A DNA stretch of 62,848 nucleotides, the filler included, from Chiloscyllium plagiosum (Eukaryota), in assembly GCF_004010195.1 (NCBI RefSeq). It is 3 parts of one record of this genome, joined end to end, with 100 filler letters (N's around TTAATTAATTAA, not from the genome) between each part and the next. Parts side by side here need not be neighbours in the genome. Positions count along the whole stretch, not along the records: positions 1 to 27,483 come from NC_057713.1; 2 more parts are not named here. One strand, written 5' to 3'. The position numbers and the translations under genes are program-made. Positions 1-13,211 of this stretch are shown here, one piece after another. The stretch's first letter is position 1. Each line of letters opens with the position of its first letter. The notes beneath the pieces were generated by a model. It worked only from the letters and a program-made list of their open reading frames with translations. It ran no database searches and had not been told where the DNA came from.

Positions 1-224
1 GGGTTTAAACTAGTATGGCAGGGGGGTGGGAACCTGAGCTGTATACCGGAGGTGAGAGTTGATGCAGATGAGGCAATAGCAAGAGGTAGACCAGCTAGTG
101 GGAAGGATTTTCCTGGGAAGGAACCAAGGGATCAATTAAAGTGTGTTTGCTTTAACGCAAGGAGTATCTGGAATAAAAGTGATTAACTTAGAGCATGGAT
201 CAGTACCTGGTACTGATGTGTTGT
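1..224 (+). mobile_element. CR1 LINE fragment (end of ORF1 to start of ORF2 endonuclease)
   Basis: Translates to LKCVCFNARSIWNKSD*LRAWIS, the CR1 APE N-terminus; the same motif recurs at ~37260 and ~18480 (-). Confidence 0.75.
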
Positions 225-280
225 GCTGAAAATGTGTTGCTGGGAAAGCGCAGCAGGTCAGGCAGCATCCAAGGAGCAGG
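225..280 (-). mobile_element. PLE terminal fragment (family A)
   Basis: GCTGAAAATGTGTTGCTGG...CAGGTCAGGCAGCATCC matches 22591-22646 and 35828-35883. Confidence 0.8.
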
Positions 281-1272
281 GTGAGTGGTGTTCCACAGGG
301 CTCTGTCCTTGGGCCTCTACTGTTTGTAATTTTTATTAATGACTTGGATGAGGGGATTGAAGGATGGGTCAGCAAGTTTGCAGACAACACAAAGGTTGGA
401 GGTGTCGTTGACAGTATAGAGGGCTGTTATAGGCTGCAGCGGGACATTGACAGGATGCAGAGATGGGCTGAGAGGTGGCAGATGGAGTTCAACCTGGATA
501 AATGCGAGGTGATGCATTTTGGAAGGTCGAATTTGAAAGCTGAATGCAGGATTAAGGATAGGATTCTTAGCAGTGTGGAGGAACAGAGGGATCTTGGTGT
601 GCAGGAACATAGATCCCTTAAAATGGCCACCCAAGTGGACAGGGTTGTTAAGAAAGCATATGGTGTTTTGGCTTTCATTAACAGGGGGATTGAGTTTAAG
701 AGTCGTGAGATCTTGTTGCAGCTCTATAAAACTTTGGTTAGTCTGCACTTGGAATATTGTGTCCAGTTCTGGTCGCCCCATTATAGGAAAGATGTGGATG
801 CTTTGGAGAGGGTTCAGAGGCAGTTTACGAGGATGCTGCCTGGACTGGAGGTCTTATCTTATGAAGAGAGGTTGAGTGAGCTCGGACTTTTTTCATTTGA
901 GAAAAGGAGGAGGAGAGGGGACCTAATTGAGGTATATAAGATAATGAGAGGCATAGATAGAGTCGATAGTCAGAGATTATTTCCCAGGGCAGAAATGACT
1001 AACATGAGGGGTCATAGTTTTAAGCTGGTTGGAGGAAAGTATAGAGGGGATGTCAGAGGTGGGTTCTTTACACAGAGAGTTGTGAGAGCATGGAATGCGT
1101 TGCCAGCAGCAGTTGTGGAAGCAAGGTCACTGGGGACATTTAAGAGACTACTGGACATGCATATGGTCACAGAAATTTGAGGGTGCATACATGAGGATCG
1201 ATGGTTGCCACAACATCGTGGGCTGAAGGGCCTGTTCTGTGCTGTACTGTTCTATATTCTATGTTCTATATG
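281..1272 (+). mobile_element. CR1 LINE 3' part (RT C-terminal half, 3' UTR, TTCTATG tail)
   Basis: 299-aa ORF with SGVPQGSVLGPLLF, KFADN, LEYCVQFWSP, RRGDLIEVYKI; ends in (TTCTATG)-type microsatellite. Confidence 0.92.
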
Positions 1273-2179
1273 AAAAGGATACCTTTGATAGAGAGAATCT
1301 TGCTGGCAGTTACTCTGGCAATGGCAGTTGGTCGCTGTCTGGCTAACTCTCAAATTTCCGGCTTCTTTACACCCCAAACATCAGATCATCTCATTGTTTC
1401 GATGTTGGCAAAACAGTAAATTCAAATTCAATTAAGTTTTAGTATCCTGGGGCATAATTTAAACGGATTGGTTAAATTTGAATGATTGGCAACATAACAA
1501 CCAAAGGTCAGGTATTTGTTTCACTGCCAAATGTTACATGTATTCAATTTTCCAGTACACACTGAGTCTGATAGTCAGTCACATCACAGGTGCCTACAAG
1601 TTCTCATTGTAAAGCAGCTTTCACTCTCTCCTAGAGTATATTTCTTCAAATTCATAACATTTTTTCCTTTTCAGACAATGAAAAGCATGGATAACCTGTG
1701 TATTAAAGTCAAATCAGATCAGATACTGAGTTCCACTATCATGAAGCTTTCTTACTTATCAGTTCAGTGTAGTTTGATTTGCCTTTGCTGCTGCATTAGG
1801 AGATTATTACTAAATTAGTATAGTCACCTGAATTGTCCAGTTGAGGAGACTCTGGAGCCTGTGTGATCTGAATTGTTCACGACAAACCACCAAATTGTCA
1901 AGAACACTCACAAAGCAAGCTTTAGTCTGAATGCTTGTTTAGGGAGCAACTGTCACTGCTACATTGATGTTCAATTCAACTCTGGAGAAATGCAATATTT
2001 TTGTTTCAGTATTTCAGTAGTGAAGGTGCATATATTTGGCTGGCCATGTCTCCTCAATAATTTTCAATGTGCTTCATCGTCAACCATGCTATGTAAATAG
2101 ATAGCATTGTACCAACCTTGTTGCAAAATGGTACAGATGTATGCCAATGTAACTGTTCATCTCGACATATGAGACTTTT

Positions 2180-4650
2180 GCTTGAGACTCAAATTCAAAC
2201 ACCAGTACAGCAGCGAAGGGTAAGTTCACTTAATTAGTAAATTCGGAATAAAAGGCTTGTCACAATAATGGTGACTGCAATGCTATTTGATTGCTGTGAA
2301 AGCCTATCCACTGCACATATGTACCTCATCCATTCTAACCTACAGTAGTCCTGAATCACTGCAATGCAGTTAATTCAGAACTGCACATTAAAATAACTGA
2401 GAATGCAGCTGGGTGGAATCAGAACATAATGATCAATGAGGAATACAACTGGACTGACTACCTGGCATATATTTTGGCATCAGATACTACAATGACACAA
2501 CATGCCTATTCCATCCCTCCAGTTCTGACTTTCTAATATCCTGGACTTATATCAACATTAGAAGAGCAATAGTGTGATATAATCATATTCAATGAATCAT
2601 ACCTTACATATTCCAGTCTCCCACGTCACTCCCCTGCTTATGTTCCTCCTCACCAACAGGACAGTTCCACCAGAGATGGTGGCACATGAGTGTGCAGTCA
2701 GAAAGGATTGGTCCAATAGTTCACAGCACTACCTCTGAACTCTAATCAGTCTCAAATGGTATCAGGTCGAAAGAAGGCATTCTGTTGGTTACTACCTCGC
2801 ACTCTCCCCCAGCTGGTAGCTCCAAAGGTCAGTGAACCCTTGGAAAAAAAGTACAAACATGCAAATTAGGAACAGAAGGAGGTAAGTCACCTCTTGGAAT
2901 CTTCTCCAAAATTCAATAAGCTCATGTCTGATCTGTTTGTGTTCTGAATTCCAACTTCCCCGCCCCCCTCGATCCCCAATAACCATTGATTTCATTTACT
3001 AACAGGAATCCACCTATCTCCATCTTGGGAATAGTCAATGAATGCATAGCTACCACCTTCTGAGATCTCTCAGAGAGAAAAACATTCTCCTTATTGCTGA
3101 TCTAAAAGGATTACCAGTGTAAAAAAACTGACCGGACCCCTGGCCTAATATCCCAGTTCATCTCAGCTAACCCATCTGGCTTAGTTGTCCTAATTTAATT
3201 TTGAAATACTTCGCTTAGACCCATGCTTCTCTCTTCCAAAATGAATGTACGTTTATATATTATGATCGTTGCTACCTAGGGATGCCTTTACTCTGAAATC
3301 ATTCACTAATCCTGTCATCCTAATGCCAATTCTAATATAATCTGCCCTTTGTTCAGTTCCAGAACGTGCTGCTCTGAACAACTGTTTTGAAAGCATTTGA
3401 TTAATTCCCCATCAAGGCTCCTGTAAACAATCCATTTTAAAAATCCATGCTTACTCTTGTTCCTTTATCACAAGTACTGAATATTTTGTCTCATAAATGT
3501 CTCCCCACATCATGGATACTGTTCAGGTGCCTATAGATCACTCCCATATGAGTTCTCTAGGTCTGCTCGGCGAGCATGAGCAGGCAGTGATGATAACAAG
3601 GGTAGCAGGTACATGGCAACACCTCCAAGTTACACTGGCCTGTCTATGAAGTACTTTGTCATTCTTTCACTCTGTCTAAATCCTGGAACTCCATCTCTCC
3701 CAACACTGTGAATGCACCTCGACCACAAAATTAACTTTTGATATTCTCTACTGTACCCATCACTTAAGCTGCATGATGGAGGGTACAGGCCGTTGTTGAA
3801 TACAATCCCACTAGGCCTTGTGAATCCCCAGGTTTTACACTAGTAAATGCATGTTCTGTGCTGGCAGTAACAGGCACTATGAGGGAGGTGGCCTCAATGC
3901 ATCTGGAGACAGATGTATCTGTAAACACGTCAGCTGGTGTTGGTCAGTTAACTAGATTTTCTCTTTTGTTGACTCTCTCACCACATGCCTCAGCTAAATC
4001 CAGCAGCTAAGTCATCCTGTCAGTGCCAACGTGCTCAGTTATGGTACTATTGAACTATTTGGTGATGGCTGTTGAAGACCATATCCAAAGTACATTCCAT
4101 ACCATTTTGTCCCCTAAATGCTTCTTCCAAATATTACTTAATATGGAGAAATCAGTTGAAGAAGACAGGGTAGCAGGGGGGAAAGTGGCAATCAGCAGTA
4201 TAATTCTGTGCCCATGTTTGACCCGATGACTTGAAATGCCATGTGGTTCAAAGTCAAAGTCAGAGAATCTCAGGACTCTAATAAACTCCTCCCCACTGTT
4301 CCTCCCCAGAGATACTGAAGCATTGGCTGTAAGGTATGATTTAATAATATGCCAGCCTTGTTGCCTGACTTGTCTGATGGACAGCTCTCCCAATTTCGCC
4401 ACAATTCCCAGCTGATGTTGAGGAAAGTATTGCAGGGTCAACTGAGCAAGATATACTTTGTTATTTCCATTTGCGAGATTGATTTCGGGATCCATCCAAT
4501 TTTATTTTTTTTTGTAGCAATGACATACTAGGTGATTTCAAGAAGTAGTTAATAAAGAGTTCATAACATTACAGTGGGTCTGGAATCATATTTATGTCAC
4601 ACTAAATAAGGATGTCAGATGCTCTCCCCGAATGGATTTCCTCAACTCCT
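2180..4650. mobile_element. Old, fragmented L2-like and CR1 relics
   Basis: Patchy similarity, e.g. 3600-3725 resembles the L2 3' region also seen at 61410-61560; a CR1 3' end lies on - at ~2870-3120; no long ORF. Confidence 0.4.
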
Positions 4651-6438
4651 TGTCCTGCGTGTTCTTCTATCATTATTGTTATAATGTTGGTCCAATGTTA
4701 GTCCAAATGTATTTGTTAATGAGATTGAAATTCCTTTTGCATTGTGATGATATTTGAAAAGATCTCTCCAGAGCTTCAGGCTGAACACAATGTCATAATT
4801 CCCAAATTCAACAGAAAGCAATAGTGGGACATGAATAATTTCCAATGGTAATAAAAACAAACACGTTGTGTAGTTGGAAGTGTGACCGATATGGGTGAAG
4901 AGTTCTGAAGCAGCATTACACAAGATTCAAAGCATTCACTCTGTTTCTCCATCCACTGGCGTTGCTAAGCCCACTGAGTATCTCCAGCACTTTCTGTTCT
5001 CATTGAATTTGATTGCACCTGTTTAACTTTTGGAGGAGATGGTAGAGGGTTGGAGGGAATAGCCAACAGTACTTAAAAAAAGAATGCATTCAGACTTCGG
5101 TTGAGTTTGGAAATCAGCTTGGTTTTGAAATGTATAATGCAAAATGGTAATGCTGATGATAGTCGTGGTGAAATGTGGTGAGAATTTTGCACAAGTGCAA
5201 TATGTAGACGAAGGCTTGTAGAAGACTAACCTGGACCTAAATTACCATGAGTGATGCAATTCCCTTTCAAGTGAAGTTGTTATTCCTTTGTGAACTTAAA
5301 AATACTTACGTCTATATCTAAATTAAATGTTACATCATATAAACGAATACTTTTTCTTCTTTTTAGTCGAATGCACATATCTTTTGAGGCATGGGCATTC
5401 ATCGTTAACACAGGCACATGTGTGCAGATGCAGTTTTTAATGTACTGTATCTGTTTATATAATAAAAAATGAACGGGTTTTGAATTTTGTGCACAGGCAA
5501 ATTGTTTAACTCATGGCAATTCATTACATGCTATTACAAGCATTAATTTCCATACAGCAGCCTTTGTAGTTTATATTTTGTTTGCAGTCAGCAATCTGGT
5601 GTTTTTTATGGTAGGAACCCCACTTCTGTCTGTTAGGTCTCCTCACTGCTGCAAAGGAGTCCATGAGACCTGACAATATTTGCTTGCATTAACATCATGT
5701 ACAGTAAGAAGACTGTATCACTGGCAGGGCTGAGGCCTGATTATTATCTCAACTTCAACCCCTTTTCTACAACCTCTGTACGAAGCTGAGCTCTCTAAGA
5801 CTGATCCTGTGTAGTGTGTAGAGATAATCATTTTGCAGCAGCAGGATTCCATGTCCCGTGAAAATACAACATCCCGATCTTGACAGAAAGCTCACAATAG
5901 GAAAGAAGACCAAATCTATACTTCAGCCAGGAGCCCAAACATTGATATTATAAATGTTCCATCCATTTTCAATCACTTATTGAGACAAAAGCATTGTTTC
6001 CTGATTTCACTTTTTCACATACAATTTAGAGACTTTTAAATCAACCTGTTCAGAGATAGTTTTCCACACTCTTTGGAACAGGTGGGTCTTTAGCACAGAC
6101 CTGTTGGCACAGAGCTTGGGACACTATCATTGCAAACCAAGAGCACTCCTTCATTCATGCTTTAACCTGGTAAAACAATGTGTCACAGCTGCTCCCTTGT
6201 GGTTAGTAAAGCAAATGGAATTATTTGAACATTGATTGTGGAAGAATTATTTGAGCTCAGTTTGGTTTTATAGTTTCTCTTGGTATCCATACAGAAGAGG
6301 GTTAAGGGTACACAAAATAGTCACAAAAATTTCAATGTTAAAATGATTGCAGTAGCAGCTTTCATTTTTCACTTGAATTCCTGCATTCATTTGCTCCATG
6401 ATACTTTCTTTTTGCTGATAATGCACTGTTAACAGGGC

Positions 6439-6684
6439 TAGAGTCGAGAGTTCGTGCTGGGTAATTTTAATTTTAATTTTAACTTCTCATATACCTGTGT
6501 ATACACATAAATTATTAAATAAACACAATCTCATCAAAATTGCCCACAAACCTCATTCCTGAGGTACAGCTTATGCCCGAATGGTCGATTTTCCTGCTCC
6601 TTGGATGCTGCCTGACCTGCTGTGTGTTTTCGAGCACCACTCTCTCGATGCTAAACTCCAGCAGCTGCAGTGCTCACTTTCACC
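6439..6684 (+). mobile_element. Degenerate PLE terminus (family A) with short inverted left arm
   Basis: 6545-6684 has decayed CTGA.G...GCCCGAA core, GATGCTGCCTGACCTGCTG and tail; short inverted GAGTCGAGAG arm at ~6440. Confidence 0.65.
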
Positions 6685-9630
6685 TTGTCAACTAAGATAA
6701 TGCAGTCCTGGTGTGCCACATTGAATGAAACAGTGTATCCCCAGATTTGTAATGAGTATCTGCATGGATAATCCTTGTGTGTTCATCGGAATAAAGTGTT
6801 GTTTCCAGTTGATATCCAAAATACCATGAGGTGTTCCAATTAATGCTCTTAACCGACTACCGATTTGTGAATTGGTAATGTCATCCATTATTCGGTTTTG
6901 GTTCAGAAATGTTGGGCATGTCGGTTGTAGTTCAGAAATGTTTTATTTATTGTGATATATCTGAAATAACATTATTTTGATGCAATTGTTTCCCAATTGA
7001 AGGAGGAGGATGTGGTGGTACGGATTCTATAGACGCTGACAGTGCAATATATTTTATGGCTCTGTGTTGAGAGCAATGGGCCGTATTAACATTTGCTTTT
7101 ATTACTAAGAGTAAATCATCTCCAGACCCTTGAATTTGCTTGGTGTGCACTAGTTTCCTCCTGGTAACAGCCAGACTCAGAGCTACTGGATGACGAATCT
7201 GACTGCAGTCCTGCAAATATTTGAACAAAAGTTGATGGAAGCTGATGGGCTTCATCTGCCAGGCAATCTGACCATTTGTACGGGGAAGCGGCATGCGAAC
7301 TCCACCATTTGACTAAGCACTATGCAACTAAGGAACCCTTATTGTTATAGCTGGTGAATAGATTTGAGTGATAACAATAAAATTATACCAGGTTACCTAT
7401 TGTGATGGGGTGTTGGAGGGAATGTTTGTGCAGATTCTAATGGTGGTGCCGTGACAATTCGCCATTCTTTGCTGGTCCCATCACATGCTGGTTACTGCTG
7501 TTTTTACTCTTTCTGGATTTGAGGTGGGTAGAATGAATCTTGTATAATTTTATATAAAGAACACCGAATATTTGTGCTTTGCTTGGGGTTGGGAGAGCAA
7601 CTAGCTTCATGAAGCTCAGCTACAACAAGACAATGGAACTGACTTGGTATCATCACAACCTTTCTTCTCATTCAGGTTTTTAAACTCACATGTAATTATT
7701 ATTTTATGTATTGTGTTAGTAAAGGCTGCAGAAGTTGATTGCACATTAGTTTTTACCTAAATTTTGAAAGGCCTTTGGAATTTACTATACAAAACTTGGA
7801 CTCATACAAGGGTTGGTAATTTTTTGGGATTGTCAAACCTGGGTATCACTACTATGCAAAATGCCTTTATTCAGCATATTGGATTCTATGGTAAAATATT
7901 TGCTTGGCTGGATTTACTTGAGTTTCGTAAAAAGCTGTGATACTAGCAGAAAGTTACTGACCTCTTTTGATGTTCTTCAGTTGATAAAAATAAATGATTA
8001 AAACAAAAAAGAAATAAATAATAGCATTCAGATAAAATAAATCGCAGAATCTGTAAAATTTGTGGCAAGTTACTTAATTCCATATATTGCATTTTCAACC
8101 GAATTCATCAGTTCTGACTCAGTACTTAAATCCTTTCATCACATACAGCTATCTTCTTCGTTGGCCTATCTGTTACTGAAAACCTCCTCCATACCTTTGC
8201 CAACTCTTCTGGTCTCTACTATTGCAAACTGGTTTGTCACCCTTCAGCTTATGCTCAAGCACAACATTGCTGTCTGAAGCCAACTTCCATGTCAAAACGT
8301 GCTGACCTATTTTCCTTCCAAGCTCACCAGTGCTGGCTTTTATCCCCTTCATGGCCTCAGCAATTCCAATTTCTGTGATTCCCTACAGCTCCTATTTCCC
8401 TCAACTTCCCTCTCATCCAACAGACTTTCTTCCTCTGCCAATGACATCCTCTGCTGCCCTCAACCCTTCATCCACTCATTCACCTAGACCCCGTACTCTT
8501 GAAATTTCTCACTCTTGTTCTGCAAGATACTTTGCTTTTCTTACTCCTGATGTCACTTTTTTGGCGCAGCAATCACGTTTCTTAGAAAAACCTTTGCAGG
8601 TTATGTTTGTTTTTTTTATATGTAGGTTCTTGTAGATGATTGATTCAGATTCTCAGTTATAAGTAGTTGGAGGAATAATTGATAATTGTACATGTTATGG
8701 AAATTGGATGTCAAGTTTGGAGCTTGTCAGAGTAAAATCTTGTTGCCTACAATCAGTAATTTGAAGCAGCTTGAGAGAAACTTTCCCTTTTTAATTAAAT
8801 GTTTTTTCCTAACATCTATTGATAATGTATGCCAGAGTGAAATCTAGTTTCCAAATAATAAGGCTAAGTGATATTTGTGAGAAAGTGTTTTCAGACAATG
8901 TCTGGATGTTACAAACAATTCGTGTAATGAGTGTAAAAGTCATCTGGTGGGGGAATTGATCAATTTCTGTTTAAGATTATATGTGATTATGGATACTGTG
9001 ACACTAAATATTGTACAATGTATAGTGTGCTTTCACAACATATTTAAAGTATAGAAAACTTTGTAGGGTAAAGCTGAGAGACTGGGAAATATTATATATT
9101 GTACATAGTTAGTATTAAAGGAAATGGAATGTGCCTGGTGAATGGAAGTTCTGATGTGAAAAGCAATTTTCCAGTTGAGCGATGATGTGAACGAAGAGAT
9201 TCGCCAGGTCCCCTTTTATGAAGCAATCCATGCTTGAATAGAGTTTAGTTAATTTACATAGAGCTATCACTTCATTGATTCCCTCCTTGTGAAAAAGGAT
9301 TCAGTTAAAATAAGTTCAACACATTTCTTTGATCTTATTCCAGTGAATGTCATCACAATGATGGAAAAAATAAGCATGTCCAAACTGAACTGACAATGCA
9401 GGAGTGTCATTCCTGTGCTTTACATTCCATCCCATTCCTTGGCCTGTAAATTACTCTGGGTGTTGAAAGGGTTTTTCATTTATTTTTCTTTCTTTTTCAG
9501 TGCTTGGTTGATGGAATGAAAACGTAATTGTAACAACAACTAGAAAATAATTTAGACGACAGCGACTTTTTAAAAAATATGCACTTTAAATTTAATTCAC
9601 ATTTAATTCTGATGCAGTGACGCATTTGTA

Positions 9631-9710
9631 GGGTTAGGGTTAGGGTTAGGGTTAGAGTTAGGGTTAGGGATAGGGGTAGGGTTAGGGTTAGGGTTAGGGC
9701 TAGGGTTAGG
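9631..9710 (+). repeat. Interstitial telomeric repeat (TTAGGG)~13 between 40-bp direct repeats
   Basis: GGG + 12 hexamers + TTAGG; 9591-9630 is identical to 9711-9750. Confidence 0.97.
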
Positions 9711-10476
9711 TTTAATTCACATTTAATTCTGATGCAGTGACGCATTTGTAAACTTATTTGCCCAATAGTGCTTTTGTTAAATATTTTATTTTATTTCTAT
9801 CAATTATTATTATGGAAATTAATGATTGTATTGATTGGAATATACCAAGATATTCTAGTCCCGTGTTTCAATTCAACACTGGAGTTGACCATGAATTGTG
9901 TGGTGCTATTGCATTAGTGGAAAGCTGCAGTGCTATTGGATCATATCCAGGAATTTAATAGCAACCATTTCATTCACATTTGGGTTTTTCCATTCTTTTG
10001 CCGATTATATGAAATTCCTTCCACTGTTTATGCTATGGATCCATAAGAACCCTCATGGACAAATGTAGCAGCTTGGCCTGTTAGGGCAAATTTTATTCTG
10101 TCTTTAGAACTGATGTTGATGTGAACTTCTGCCTCCGAATTTCTTGTAATTTGTAAGATTCTGCTCTATCACACAATCCCTTGACGCATAATTTTCATTG
10201 TAATGGAAAGGAAGGCGTTGAAGTTGATCGTTTTAAAAATACAGAGGTCTCCCTTTAACAAATGCTAAAGACTGGTAGATTTGCTGCGTGAGAGTAGTTT
10301 AGGACCTGATAATTTTAAGACTGACTTACATCGAAAATAGCTGATAATTAAAATTGCAAAAAATTCATTGTTGCAGTACATGTGGCAGATCTAAAAGTAC
10401 GACACTTTTTATTTATTCCAATATCTATAAGTTTGCTTTGAGCAACATAAGTATTATGCTTCTGTTCCAAGAACAA

Positions 10477-12839
10477 GGAGAAAGTAAGGACTGCAGCTGC
10501 TGGAGATCAGAATCGAGAGTGTGGTGCTGTAAAAGCACAGGATGTCAGGCAGCATCCGAGGAGTAGGAGAATCAATGTTTCAGGCATAAGCCCTGCATGT
10601 GGGCTGCGGATGCTGAGAGATAAATGGGAGGGCTTTGGGCTGGCGGGAAGGTAGCTAAGAATGCAATAGGTTGATGAAGGTGAGGGTGAAAGTGATAGGT
10701 TGGAAAGGAAAGTGGAGTGGATACATAGGATAAGTGATGGACATGTCAGGAGGGCGGGGGCCAAGTTGGAGGCTTGGGACTGGGATAATGTACGGGAGGA
10801 TAATTGAGGAAACTGTTGTAATCCACATTGATACCGTATGGTTGCAGGTTCACAAGGTGGAAGATGAGGCATTCTTCCTCCAGGTGTCGGGTGGTTAGGG
10901 TTTGGCGATGGAGGAAGCCCAGAACCTGCATGTCCTTGGCAGAGTGGGAGGGCGAGTTAAAGTGTTCTGCCACGGAGTGGTGTGGTTGGTTGGTGCAGGT
11001 GTCCCAGAGATGTTCCCTGAAATGATCTGCAAGTTGGCATTTTGCCTACCCGTTTTAGAGGAGACAACATTGGGTGCAATGGATACAGTAATGCCATTGG
11101 TGAGGGGAGTGAAGTGGGCAGGTTTTGAGTGAGGGGAGTAGTGTGGGGCAGGTTCTTGGTGAGAGGTGTGGTGCTGATAAAGTACAGATTTGAGACGGCT
11201 CAGGGAATCACTTATGAACTCAACCTGACAGCCTTTTTTCGATAAGTCCCAGAGATCGTACCTTTGATAATCTGGAGTAAAAAAAAGTCTTACAGACAAA
11301 TTGGTTTAATTTTAATCATCCTGTCCATTTGCTAATGGCATCATTGTACCAACATAACACTGATACCTACAAGCGAGGCTAACTGGATTCTCATAACCCA
11401 GGAGAGTAGGACGTCGCTGTTCCTTCAAGAGCCCTGGCAGGCTACTCTGCTGAGCTATCACAAACAGGCTACCTTTATACTAAATGTTTTACAAAAACTG
11501 TACTGTCACAAACAGACTTTCTTTATACAAACGTTTACAAAAGCTCTGCATGTTCTGAACTAGATACATAACAGTGAAGGACAATAATTCAAGAGAGAAG
11601 TTAATCGAAACCAAGTTTCGTTTCGAGGTCAGAATTAAACACTGCTCTTAGTTTCACAAAGGAACAGCTGTGACTGTTGTCACTCAGTGTCCTGTTTATA
11701 CAGATTCGCTGATGTTAAGACAAATATTCTGAATAGCCTTATCCTCTTTACCTCTCTACTTTCTAGTGTGTACCAAATGTGTTCTATAATTCATCATTAT
11801 ATTTCAGTCTAAATGTTTTGGACAAGTTTTAAGGCGATACACTTTCTCAGGGTGGGACAGTTTTGGGTGACGGGAGTAGTGCCACACCTCCGTCCTTCAA
11901 CGGAATCCCTCTCAATGTCTACAGGGACAGAAACACCCTAGTCCTCACCTTCCACCCCACCAACCTTCACATATATCGTATCATCCTCCGCCACTTTCGT
12001 CACTTACAAGCAGACCCCACCATCAGAAATATATTTCCCTCCCAACCAGTATCAGTGCTCCAGAGAGACCATTCCCTCTGTAACTCTCTTGTCAGGTCCA
12101 TGCCCCCCACCAGCCCACACCTCACTCCCGGCACCTCATCCTTCCACCGCAGGAAGTGCAAATCCTGCGCCCACACCACTCCTCTCACCTCCATCCAAGA
12201 CCTCCAAAGGATCATTCCACATCCACAGAAATTTACCTGTACCTCCACCAATGTCATCTAATGTATCTGTTTCACTGTCTCTTGTGGAGACAGGAAGCCA
12301 ACTTGCAGATCGTTTCAAAGAATGTCTCTGGGATACCCGCACCAATCAACACCTCTGTCCTGTGGCTGAACACTTCAACTGCCCCTCCCAGTCCACCAAG
12401 GACATGCAGGTCCTAGGCCTCCTCCATCGCAAAACCCATACCACCCGGTGCCTGGAGGAGGAAGGCCTCATATTCCACCTTTGGGACCCTGACACCACAT
12501 GGGACAAATGTGGATTTCACCAGCTTCCTCATTTGCCCTCGCCCCACCTTATCCCATTCCCAAGCCTCTAACTCAGCGCCGACCTCCTGACCTATCCATC
12601 ATCTTTCCCATCTATCCACTCTATCCTCCTCTCTGGCCTTTACACCTTCTCCCTCACCTTCACCACCTATCACATTCTCAGCTACCATTCCCCACAGGCC
12701 CACCCTGCTCCCATTTATCTCGCAGCCCCCCGGCACAGAAGCCTCATTCCTGATGAAGGGCTTATGTCTGAAACATCGATTCTCCTGCTCCTCGGATGCT
12801 GCGTGACCTACTGTGCTTTTCCAGCATCACACCCTCGAC
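10477..12839. mobile_element. Neptune-type PLE with inverted arms enclosing an unrelated insert
   Basis: Left arm (-) and right arm (+) both encode the GIY-YIG C-terminus (AEHFN.PS.S.KDMQVLG); Cys motif RRKCKSCAH at ~12150; TSD TCTGTTCCAAGAA at 10461-10473 and 12840-12852. Confidence 0.85.
11175..11901 (-). mobile_element. Possible solo LTR or unknown insert inside the PLE
   Basis: Non-PLE sequence; on the - strand TATAAAG (~11521) precedes ATTAAA (~11305); termini only loosely TG..CA; no clear TSD. Confidence 0.3.
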
Positions 12840-12959
12840 TCTGTTCCAAGAATAAATAAGTGATCATCCCAACAAACTGGACAACAGAGAAGAGAATAGT
12901 ATGTTGGAGTATTATCAAAGGTTGGAAAGGGAGTGGAAAGGGCTGGATAGTACAGCAGG

Positions 12960-13211
12960 CAAAAGGTGGGTATTGCAGATGTTGGAGATCAGAGTCGAGA
13001 GCATGGTGTGGGAAAAGTGCAGCAGGTCAGGCAGCATTCAAAGAGCAGGACAATTGACGTTTCAGCCATAAACCCCTCATTAGGAATCTGATAAAGGATT
13101 TATGCTCGAGATGTCGATTCTCCTGCTCCTCGGATGCTGTCTGACCTGTTGTTCTTTTCCAGCACCACATTCTCGACTCTGAGCTCCAGCATCTGCATTC
13201 CTCACTTGCTC
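12960..13211. mobile_element. Palindromic miniature PLE (family A, two inverted termini)
   Basis: ~125-bp arms are reverse complements with decayed hammerhead cores at the centre; TSD ATAGTACAGCAGG at 12947-12959 and 13212-13224. Confidence 0.85.

Noticed and set aside
7296..7455. Possible primer-binding sites (CTCCACCA near 7300; TGGTGCCGTGAC at 7444-7455)
   Set aside because: 8-12 nt matches are plausible by chance in 63 kb; no LTR pair or gag/pol found.
9497..9745. 82-aa ORF with an LT repeat
   Set aside because: Translation of (CCCTAA)n plus the duplicated flank.
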